Shown piece by piece: positions 24,843 through 35,209 of a DNA stretch of 64,000 nt. The position numbers and the translations under genes are program-made. Within the stretch, counting starts at the first letter, position 1. Each line of letters opens with the position of its first letter. The DNA lies in assembly GCF_004010195.1 (NCBI RefSeq), contig NC_057719.1:49939713-50003712 (forward strand). Reading direction: 5' to 3'. This DNA is from Chiloscyllium plagiosum. Taxonomy: Eukaryota. The notes below the pieces were generated by a model that ran no database searches, was not told the DNA's origin, and worked only from the letters and a program-made list of their open reading frames with translations.

Positions 24843-27800
24843 AGAATATAAGATATAGGAGTAGAATTAAGCTATTCACCACTTGATCATGGCTAACATG
24901 TTTCTCAACCCCATTTCTCTGCCTTCTCCCTGCAACCCTTGATCCCCTGACCAATCAATAACCTACCTAGCTCTGTCTTAAAGACACTCAAAGGCTTGGT
25001 CTCCAGAGTTGTCTGTAGCAATGAGTTCCACAGATTCACCACCCTCTGGTTGAAGAAGTTGCTCCACATCTCAGATCTAAAGGGTCATACCTTCACTCTG
25101 AGGCTGTGCCCTCAGGTCCTAGTTTCTCCTGCTAGTAGAAACATCTCCATGTCCACTCTATCCAAGCCTCTCAGTATTCTGTAAGTTTCAATCAGAGTCC
25201 CCCTCAAACTTCTAACCCCCTTCATGTACAGATCCAGAGTCCTCAACTTCTCCTCACATGAGAAGCCTGTCATCCCCAGTTTCATTCTTCTGAACCTTCT
25301 CTGGATTCCCTCCAATGCCAGCACCTAGGTATGGGGCCCAAAACTGCCAAATACAGTCTGACAGGAACCTTGTATTGCTGAGGCGATATACTCTGCTCTT
25401 GTATTCTAGCCCTCTGGAAATGAATGCCCACATTGCATTTGCCTTTCTAACTGTCAACTCACCTGCATGTTAACCTTAAGAGAATCTTGAAGTCGACTCC
25501 CAAGTCCCTTTGGGCTTCAGATTTTCAACGTCTTTCAACAGTCTACACCGCTATTCCCCCTACCAAAGTGCATAATCTCAACTTCCCATATCGTATTCCA
25601 TCTGACACTTTGTTGCTCACTCTCTGAGCCTGTCCAAGTTCTTCTGCAGCCTCCCTGCCTCCTGAACACCACCTGTCACTCCACCTATCTTTGTATTATC
25701 TGCATACTTAGCAACAGTGCCCTCAGTTTCTTTGACCAAATAGTTAATGTACAACATGAATAGCTGTGGTTCCCAACCCCTGTGGTACTCCAATAGTCAC
25801 TGGCTGCAATCCTGAAAAAGACCCCTTTATCCCTATTCTGTTTTCTGCCAGTCAGCCAATCTTCTATCTAAGCCAGTATCTTGCCCCTAACACCATGGTC
25901 TTTTATCATATTTAGCAGTTTCCTGTGCGATGCCTTGTCAAAGGCCTAATGACAATCCCAATATATCATGTTCACTGGCTCTCCTTTGTCTAATTGGTTT
26001 GTTAACTCTTCAAAGAACTGTAACAGATTTGTCAGACATGACTTCACCTTGACAAAGCTGTGCTGACATAGCCCTACTTTATTCCAAAATCTCAACTTAA
26101 AAATGCACTCTAAAATCTTACCAATGACTGAGATCAGGCTAACTGGCCTATAGTTTCTGGTCTTCTGCCTCCCTCACTTCTTAAACAAGTGTGTTATAGT
26201 TTTTCAGTTCTCTGGGACCCTCCCTGACTCCAGGTCATTCCTGAAAGATCAACATCAACACCTCTACAATTTCACAAAGCTCTCTCCTCAAAACTCTGGG
26301 ATGTAGTCCACCTGGTCCCAGGAATTTATCCACCTTCAGACCTTTCAGCTTCCCCAGCACCTTCTCTTTAGTGATAGCCACTGCTATGGTGTCAGTCACC
26401 TCTGGTGCCTGCCTCTCTTGAAGTTCTGGTATGCTGCTGGTGTCTTCCACTGTGAAAACTGGTGCAAAGTAGCTATTTAGTTCCTCCACTATTTTTTTGG
26501 TCCCCATTGCTACTTCTCCAGCCTCATTTTCCAGTGCCTCTCATATTTTTTAGGTATTTAAAGAAAACTTCTGCAATCTTCTTTTATATTACTAGTAGTT
26601 TACACTCATATTTCATTTTGTCATTACCCGTTATTGCTTTTTAAGTCATCCTCTGCTGGTTTTAAAGGCTTCACACTAATCTTCACCATACTGTATATTT
26701 TTATTCTGTCTCTGACTCCCCTCATCAGCCATACTTGCCTTGTCCTCCTCTTAGTATGTTCATCCTTAAGATGGATTTCTGCTGTGCGTCCCAAATTATC
26801 CCAGAAACTCCTGCCTTTCCACAATTTCCCTCTTCCAATCAACTCTGGGCAGCTCTTCTCTTATGCCCCTGTAGTTATTTTTACTCAATTGTAATTCCAG
26901 CTTCCCCCTCTCAAGCTACAGAGTGAATTCTATCATATTGTGGTCACTGCCTCTTTGGGGGCCCTTCAACTTAAGCTTCCAAATCAAGTCTGGCTCATTA
27001 TACATCACCGAATCCAGAACTGGCTGCTCCCTAGTGGGCTGTAGCATAAACTGCTCCAAAAACCTCACTGCATAAACATTTCACGAATTCCTTTTCTTAA
27101 GACCCACTAACAACCTGATTCTCCCAGTTCTCCTATATTGAAGTCTCCTATGATTACTGTAATAGTGCCTTTCTTACATGCATTTTCTGTCTCCTGATCA
27201 ACTTTCTTCTGCACATCCTGGCTATTACTAGGAGGGCTGTACACAACTCCCATCAGGGTCTTTTTTCCATTGCAGTTCCTGAACTCCACCCGAACTTCAC
27301 TTTCCAACTATGTGACTTCTTACTAAGAGGGCAACTCCACACCCAACCTCCCCCCCCCCCTCCCCCCCCCCCCCCCCCAACCCAACCCGCTGCCCATCTG
27401 CCTGTCTTTATGATAGGATGTGTATCAATTGGATATTTCATCCCCAGCCCTGATCCCCTTGCAGCCACATCTCTCTATGATACCTACAATATGGTTCCTG
27501 CCAATTTCAATCTGCACTATAAGCTCATTTACCTTGTTTTATGTAATGTATGCATTTAAGAACTACATCCTCAGTCCTATGTTGATTACCCTCTTCCTAC
27601 AGTTGTCCCCTTATCTGCTGTGTCTGAAGATAGATTTCTAACCCTTTAAAACTCTCTGTTCCATTACTCATTCTGGAAATTTAAATAACCTCTGCTGAGC
27701 ACCCCACTTCCCAACCCCACCCTTTAACGTTTTCCATAACTTTCCACGTAACTGAACTTACCAGTTGAGAGGATTTGGTTCTGCTTTCTAATTTAGCCCA

Positions 27801-28740
27801 TAGCTGATCACAATCCCTCAGCAGAACCTCTTTCTACTTGTATTATCGATACCTACATGGACATGACTACTGGATCTTTCCCCTTCCATGACAAGTTTCC
27901 TCTGCAGTCTAGATGAGTTATTGTGAACCCCAGCATGAGGCAGGTAATACAGCCTTTGGGCTGATCACAATAACAGTGTCTAATCCGCTAACTATACTAT
28001 CTCTAATTACAACCACATTTCTCTATTCTTCTCCTCTTGAATGGCTTCCTGTACCACAGTGCTATGGTTAGTTTGCTCATCCTCCTTAAAGCACTTGCAC
28101 TCATCCACACAGGGAACAAGAATCTCAAACCTGCTGGATAAGCTCAAGGGCTGAGGCTCATTCAGCATCACCTCCTGGATCCCTCTATGTAGCTTGGCCT
28201 GTGGTCACATCCTCTTGTCCCTGACCACACAATAAATTCGAGGTAGTTAATCTATGGGGTGTGACTGTCTCTTGAAACAGAGTCCAAGTAATTGTTTCTC
28301 ATATCTGATATGTCAGTGTTCGAAGCTCAGACTCCAGCTCATCAACTCTGTGCCAGAGTTCCTCAAGCAACCAACATTACTACTGATGTGGTCAGTGTGA
28401 ACCACAATTGTGTCCCCCAGCTCCCACATCATGCAGTTACAACACATTGCCAGGCCCTGTATCTCTATTTTAATTACTGAGTTCTTCATTTGGTTTCTTT
28501 TTAAAAATCATACTCTTCTTTTAGTTTGTTGCATGTAAATACTTCTGATATTATCTTTCAATCTGAAAGTAACCTATAATGGATAGTTAAATTAATTGTT
28601 ATCACTAAACCAACGAACTTACAGTTTACCTGTGACGTCACTATTTTGTGTTGGGCCCTGGTCCTGCGGTTCAATATATCCTCATGGAAAATGTTTCAAA
28701 CTATGAGCCAGAAAAAAGGAAAAAAATACTTCTTCCCCTG
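24843..28740 (-). mobile_element. Near full-length but decayed CR1 LINE (ORF1 remnant, APE endonuclease, RT, 3' end)
   Basis: ORF1-like CCNCMMWEL...RVDELESELRTL near 28310-28460, endonuclease GVVYSPP...IIGDFNI, LNSYFAPVFTVED...GPGGLHPRVL, and RT/C-terminal remnants. Confidence 0.85.
27350..27378 (+). repeat. Poly-C tract (a second one lies at 44881-44901)
   Basis: Homopolymer runs seen directly. Confidence 0.85.
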
Positions 28741-29159
28741 TGCACCAATGTGATCTCTCTTTCCTGACCATGCAAAGCTTACTGATCCCATGCAAAGTTC
28801 AACTCCTTCATTTCCATTTTCCCATAACGGAGTTGTTCCCAATCCATCACCCTAACTTCACCAAAAACAGTGAAAACACTTTTTAAGTACACACACTGAT
28901 GCATTGCTTGTAAAATTACATTGACAGAGTACAGCATCTGAGGAAACTGGCAACCAGTACCAATAGCATCACTTCTCATTTGCCATGAGCAATTCAATAA
29001 CAGAATCCCATTCCAATTTGATAATTTAGAGAAATGTTTAATATAAACCTTGTTGAAACACAATGAAATATGCAAGTAAAAATGCAAGTGGAGTGAATGT
29101 TTGCTCATATTAATCAGATTAGAAACAGTGTAAATAGCTGATGTTCTCAGGAAAACAGA

Positions 29160-29590
29160 AATTAGAGATAATATTGTTCATCAACCATGTGCTCACTCAC
29201 CTCTACTGGCTCCCAGTCAAGCAATGCCTTGGTTTTAAAACTGTCATCCTTGTTTCCAAATCTCTCCGTGGTATCATCCTTTCCTCTCTTTAATCTCCAC
29301 TGTTTCCACAATCCATAGAGCACTTTCAACTCCAACCTCTTGGGCACTCTGATTTTAATTGTTTCACCACTTACCTTCTTACCTTCAGCTGCTTAGGCAC
29401 TAGAAATAGCTTCATAAACTTTTCTCTCAACCTCTTTCTTCCTTTAAGACACTCATTAATAAAAAGTACACTTCAGCCAAGCTTCTAATCTGCTGCACAA
29501 ACTGCACTTTATATTTTCTTTATACTTTATGTCTGAAGTGCCTGGGTTTATATAATTGTAAGAAAGGTACTACACAAATATAAAGTTGCT
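29160..29590 (+). mobile_element. L2-like LINE 3' end, decayed
   Basis: catgtgctcactcacctctactggctccca resembles the L2 C-terminal L..LHWLP motif; tail aaggtactacacaaatataaagttg. Confidence 0.55.
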
Positions 29591-30159
29591 ATTATTATCC
29601 TTCTCTTCTATAAAGTGCGTTGTAGTTCTTAGTATCATTAATTATCAGTCTGTATCCAAATGCAGCAAGATCTGGACAATGATGGGGTACTTAGTGGCTT
29701 GGGTTACTTAGTGGCAAGTAACATTTGTGCCACACAAGTACCAGACAATAAACATCCAACAAGACACAATCCATTCAACACAATACAATCTGTAAACCCC
29801 TCAAAATCAACATCTTCGCAGTCACCATTGATAAGACACTTAAGTGGACCAGCCACATAAATTCTATCTATAATCACTGGTCAGTGACTGGGCATCCTGC
29901 AATGGTTGGATTTAAACCTATGTTCCTGGAGGATTAGTTTGGTGTCTGGATTAAAATTAGTATCACTAACCCTCTGCCAACTTGTTTCACATTTTAATAG
30001 CATTTATATCTGGATTGCTATTGTAAGACTATTAGACCAAATGCTTTTTTTCTTTTCACAATACATGTACTGTATTTCGTGATTCTAATTAAATCACGAA
30101 AAGGTCCGAACACCATTGAATCTAATGTGACTTAAACCATATCAAGTTCTTTGCAGAGA

Positions 30160-31349
30160 TTATAATCATAATTAGATGAAGTTTTATTTTTGTTACACCT
30201 AATTAGTTTGTCCAATTATGAATTATATATGGTATTTAATACTGTTTAAAGAAAATTGTTCCAGGGATCATTTATATTAAAATAAAATCATGAGATTTAC
30301 TGAAAGTTTTGGTAAATGGTAAGTAATGATAAATGGATTCCACTTATCATTGTGATTGCATAAAGTATCTTGGGTGTGTATGTATAACTCGTACCAATAG
30401 CATCAAACTCAATATTATCCATATCTCTAAGAACTATTTTTTTTAAATAAAGAGCAGCATGATGTCCATCTGTTGACAAGATACAACTTTACAATGCGAA
30501 GAATCATGGGTATTCAGTTCTTCCACACGAATGACTGACCTGATACTGGTATGGCCAAGCTTTGAAATCATAGGACACATGGTGAGCTGTTAGGGAGCAG
30601 TTACAAGCTTAACAGTGAGACAGAGGCAAACATATTGCACATTCATCCTGAAATGTGTGTTGGATGAAAGGCTACTTAAGAAAACATGCCTAATAAAAGC
30701 AAAATACTCAAGACATCTGGCAGTATTTGTGCAGAGAGAAGCAAGAGTTAACATAACATGACTTTGTAACTCTTCTTCAGAAAACATGCCTGCCAATATT
30801 GCAATGAACACCATTCATTCGTCACTCTTAAAATGCTGAGGGTTTTCAACTCTGAAAAGGAAACAAACAATCTGACGTTGCCCTGAATAAATGATTGGCA
30901 ACACGTTCGTGGAGTCTTTATCTGTGGCTTCTTTCATGAATTTTATACCAATATAGATAAAACAAAATGAGACTGTTAGGCATTGCTTAAAATTGTGACA
31001 TATTCATTACCAACTTGACAAAGACTGTTTAAGGAACCCTTATTGCTTAGTAGCATTGTCTCCAAAAGCATTAACAGTTGGCTATAGCAATATTATCACA
31101 TAACATCTGGTCATTCCAATTTGTCAGGATGAATTTCTAGTGAAATTAAAGTGAGGTTGCTCCTATGAGGTAAATTTCTATCAAACAAGACTTTATGTCA
31201 CAAATAACATTTGCAACCTCAATAACTTCTCATTAAAAGAAAGATCACTTGCATCAGAAACAACATGTAGCAAAAAGCAGTGACATCCTTTGTCCCCTGA
31301 CTCCAGTGCAGCTTCAGACATTTGTATTGCATCAAAACATTATTCGTAC
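30160..31349 (-). other. ARMH4: Putative ARMH4 3' UTR
   Basis: AT-rich, largely repeat-free sequence after the stop codon. The first AATAAA I found on the minus strand is at 30183-30188. The 3' end is inferred. Confidence 0.5.
30183..30188 (-). terminator. Candidate polyadenylation signal AATAAA
   Basis: tttatt on the plus strand; first canonical hexamer noticed downstream of the ARMH4 stop. Confidence 0.35.
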
Positions 31350-31418
31350 TTAAAACTCATCCTCTGAGCTGTCAGCTAACAGCATCACCCGGTCCTGCAT
31401 GCTTGTGAAATCTTTAGG
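31350..31418 (-). CDS. ARMH4: ARMH4 terminal coding exon: PKDFTSMQDRVMLLADSSEDEF*
   Basis: tttgtttaaaatttcag|CCTAAAGAT...GAGTTTTAA. The C-terminal SMQDRVMLLADSSEDEF matches the ARMH4 C-terminus as I recall it, and the exon is in frame with the upstream exon. Confidence 0.95.
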   Translation of the reverse strand, partial: PKDFTSMQDRVMLLADSSEDEF

Positions 31419-31539
31419 CTGAAATTTTAAACAAAGACATTAGTAGTATTGTACAGTAATTACCATATGCATATAATAAAAATACATTTTAATAAGGACA
31501 TGTAATTGAGACAACACTGTCATGACATTAGCAATAATA

Positions 31540-31840
31540 AGTATATCTATTGTTCTGTGTAGGCAATTTGGCAACCAATGTGCTCATAGTGATGTCCTAT
31601 AAATGGCAATTAAGTAATCATGTAACCCATTTTGGTGTTGACTGGAGGAATCAGTATGGTCAGAAAATCCAGAGGAACTCATCAGCTCTTTTTTGACTAT
31701 TGTCATAAAATCTAAACAATCGTATCCAAAAGACAATGTAGCACTCTTTCAGTTCTGCACGGAAGTATTTAGCCAAGATAAAAACTGAAGCCCTTGTGGG
31801 AGGATTGAATTTTCGAGGCAATAGTTCTCCAATTTAGCTA
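31540..31840 (-). mobile_element. Old Deu-domain SINE, decayed
   Basis: Reverse-complement similarity to 39125-39450. Confidence 0.45.
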
Positions 31841-31844
31841 AGCT

Positions 31845-32530
31845 GTGGAGTGCAGGTTCATAGTTCCTTGAAAGTGGAGTCATAGGTAGACAGGATAGTG
31901 GTATGTTTGTCTTTATTGGTCAGTGCATTGAGTATAGGAATTGGGAGGTCATGTTGTGGCTGTACAGGACATTGGTTAGGCCACTATTGAAATTCGCATG
32001 TAATTCTGATCTCCCAGCTACAGGAAAGATGTTGTGAAATTTGAAAGAGTTCAAAAAAGACTGACAAGGATGTTGCCAGGGTTGGACAGTATGAGCTATA
32101 GGGAGTGGCTGAGTAGGCTGGGGCTATTTTCTGTGGAGTGTCAGAGGCTGAGGGGTGGCCTTATAGAGGTCTATAAAATCATGAGGGACATGGTTAGGGT
32201 AAGGTCTTTTCTCCAGGGTGGGGGTGTCCAAAATTATAGGCCGCAGCTTTAAAGTGAGAGGGGCAAGATTTTAAAGGGGCATAAGGGGCAACTTATTCAC
32301 ACAGAGGGTACCGCGTGTATGGAATGAGCTGACAGAGGAGTTGATGGAGGCTAGTACAATTACAACATTTAAAAGGCATCTGGACGGATACATGAATAGG
32401 AAGGGTTTAAGAGGGATATGGGCCAAATGCTGGAAAATGGGACTAGGACAGTTTAGGATATCTGATTGGCATGGACAAGTTGGACCAAAGAGTCTGTTTC
32501 CTTGCTGTACAATTCTATGACTCGATGACT
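31845..32530 (+). mobile_element. CR1 (HER1-like) LINE 3' fragment
   Basis: ERVQKRLTRMLPGL...IEVYKIMR; tail ttctatgactcgatgact. Confidence 0.9.
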
Positions 32531-32552
32531 GTAAATGGATAGAAATCTGGAA

Positions 32553-32665
32553 GAGCTCCTGTGGTGCAATGATAGTTTCTCCGCCTCTGAGCTAGGAGGA
32601 CTTGGTTTGAGTCCCACCTACTCGAGAGTCATAACATGCCTGGACAGGCTGTTTTAAAAAAAACT
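32553..32665 (+). mobile_element. Short tRNA-derived SINE
   Basis: gtggtgcaatgatagt A-box-like motif, ggtttgagtccc B-box-like motif and A-rich tail; related to 55555-55651. Confidence 0.5.
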
Positions 32666-33254
32666 AAGTAGAGAATTGTGTGCAAAAGATCAGCAATTTC
32701 TCACTATACAATGCTAATGTACATGTCTCTTCACTAACAGTACCATTGGGAAAATATGCCCCATAATGTCCAAAAGATCCCAATTGTACATGAAGTGGAC
32801 AGCAGTAATTTTCTCATTTTATTATCACTAAAACTCTTCACATTATACAAATCCAATTTAAATCAATTTGGGTTCATTAAAATTAAAATTCTGTTCACAT
32901 ACTTAATTATTAAATCCAGCAGAGTAAACTAATCGAAGAGCCACTAGTTATGTATCAATTTTTTGACATTTGAAGAACAAATAGAGCAAATCATTTGAAA
33001 CCATGAAAATTAATACAGAACTCTGACATCACATTACCTTCTTCCTTTTATAAAAACTTACATTTTGAATGACACATTTCATAACCTCAGGACATTCCAC
33101 AGAATCTTCTAAAAATTGGTTCTGGAATCTAAGCAATTGTGGCCCATACCTCATTACCCTTGAGAAGACTATGGTGAGCCATCTTCTTGAATTGCTGCAT
33201 GGTGATGTCAAATGGCTGATGGCACTGGATGCTGAAAAAGCTGACAACATTACT

Positions 33255-33990
33255 TACAGGACTTATACATTTGATGGGAAGGTCCCGGGGAGTGTTGCCA
33301 AACAAAAAGAAACCTTGGGGTGCAGGTTCATAGCTCCTTGAAAGGGGAGTCGCAGGTAGACAGGATGAAGGCGGCCTTTGGTTTGCTTGCCTTTATTGGT
33401 CAGTGCATTGAGTATAAGAGTTGGGAAGTCTTGGTACAGCCATACAGGACATTGGTTAGGCCACTTTTGGAATACTGCATTCAGTTCTGGTCTCCCTGCT
33501 ATAGGAAAAATGCTGTGAAACTCGGAAGGGTTCAGAAAAGATTTACAAGGATGTTGCCAGGGTTGGAGGGTTTGAGCTGTAGGGAGAGGCTGAATAGGCT
33601 GGAGCTATTTTCCCTGGAGTGTCAGAGGCTGAGAGGGAGGGAAAACCTTATAAAGGTTTATAGAATCATGACAAGGTGAATAGCCAAGGTCTTTTCCCCA
33701 AGGTAGGAGAGTCCAAAGCTAGAGGGCATCTGAGAGGGGGAAGATTTAAAAGAGACCTGAGAGACAATATTTTCACGCAGACGATAATGCATGTATGGAA
33801 TGAGCTGCCAGTGGAAGTGGAGGAGGCTGGTATAATTGCAACTTTTAAAAGGCAACTGGATGGGTATAAGAATAGGAAGGGTTTAGTGGGATATGGGCCA
33901 AATGGGACTAGATTACTTTAGGATATCTGGTCGGCATGGATGGTTTGGACCGAAGGGTCTGTTTCCATGCTGTACAGCTCTATGACTCTA
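33255..33990 (+). mobile_element. CR1 (HER1-like) LINE 3' fragment
   Basis: LVRPLLEYCIQFWSP, RVQKRFTRMLPGL, WNELP; tail ctctatgactcta. Confidence 0.9.
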
Positions 33991-34034
33991 CTGTAAAAAT
34001 AAAGTTTCATGCTCTAAATCTACCCATGGCATAA

Positions 34035-35075
34035 GCCAACAGTTCCAGTACAGCTGCAGCACTGGCACCTACCCAACAATGTAGAGATTTGCCTAAATAT
34101 GACCTCAAAAAGCAAGAAAAATCCAATGCAGTCTATTGGCTGTATAACTCTATGACACCCCAACCAATATACTCATAGTCATTAGCAAAGGACTGGAATG
34201 TCTTGTGAACAGTGCTATCATTCAGTACTTACTCACCAATAATCTGTTCACTGATGCTTAGCTTTGATTATAACACAGCCGATCAGCTCCTGAGAGGAAC
34301 TGATCATTCTTTATATCAAGGCATCATTTGACCCACTATGACATCAAGCAGCTCAAGCAAACCTGGAATTAGTGGGAATCCAGAGGCAGAAGGGTTCTCT
34401 CCTCTGATTGGAGTATATCTAACACAAAGAATGGATGTGGTTACTGGAGTCTCTAGGACATCTCTGCAGGAGTTCCTCAGGGCAATGTCCTAGGCCCAAC
34501 CATCGTCAGCTGCTTCAACAATGACCTTCCTTCCATGATAAGGTCAAAAATGGTCACTGATGATTGAACAAAGTTCAGCATCATTTAGGACTCCTCAGAT
34601 CCTGAGATATCTGTGCTTATATGCAGCATGACAACAACATTCAGGTTTGGGCTGAAAACTGATGAATAATATTCAAGCCACACAAGTGCCAGGCAATGAC
34701 CATCCTTAAAAGGGAGAATCTAACCAGCTCCTCTTGACATTCAATAGTAGTTCCATCACCAAATACCCAACTGCCAACATCCTGGGGACTACTACTGCCA
34801 AGAAACTCTACTGAAGCAGTTACTTAATTAATATGCCTTCAATAACATCAGAATACGGGGTTTCTGTAGTAATTCACTTCCTAGCCTCCTAAAGCCTACC
34901 ATCTGTGAGGTACAAGTCGGAAGTATGATGGTAGGCTTTCTATTTGCCTGAATGGTAGCAGCTTCAATAACAAACCAGAAAGCTCAATGGCAACCTAAAC
35001 AAAGCAACCAACTCGATTGATACCCTTTCCACCATCTTTAACTTTCATTCCCTCCACGACTGGCATACAGTAACA
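34035..35075 (+). mobile_element. Old CR1/L2-group LINE of a different family (RT region)
   Basis: ggagttcctcagggcaatgtcctaggccca (GVPQG.VLGP) and ttcaacaatgaccttcc; same family as 54660-56550. Confidence 0.7.
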
Positions 35076-35078
35076 GCA

Positions 35079-35207
35079 AGGAGAAAGTGAGGACCGCAGA
35101 TGCTGGTGACCAGAGTTGAAAAATGTGATGCTGGAAAAGGGCAGCAAGTCAGGCAGCATCCAAGGAGCAGGAAAATCGACGTTTCGGGCAAAGGCCCTTC
35201 TTCAGGA
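35079..35207 (-). mobile_element. Penelope pLTR solo fragment
   Basis: Same family as 7053-7220 and 12250-12380. Confidence 0.85.
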
Positions 35208-35209
35208 CC
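35174..35209 (-). ncRNA. Minimal hammerhead ribozyme motif with intact core, sense to the last ARMH4 intron
   Basis: Minus strand ggtc-CTGAAGA-agggc-cttt-gccc-GAAAC-GTC-gatt. Confidence 0.7.

Noticed and set aside
30700..30785. Hammerhead in the ARMH4 3' UTR (CTGAAGA on the minus strand)
   Set aside because: It is a Penelope remnant that has lost the GAAA box and stem II, so it cannot fold into the catalytic core.
30297..30814. Short minus-strand ORFs downstream of the ARMH4 stop
   Set aside because: They lie in the putative 3' UTR, one overlaps a decayed pLTR remnant, and neither has a recognisable domain.
31845..33990. Tandem segmental duplication of two similar plus-strand CR1 pieces
   Set aside because: The truncation points differ, the flanks are unrelated and there are many differences, so these are independent insertions.
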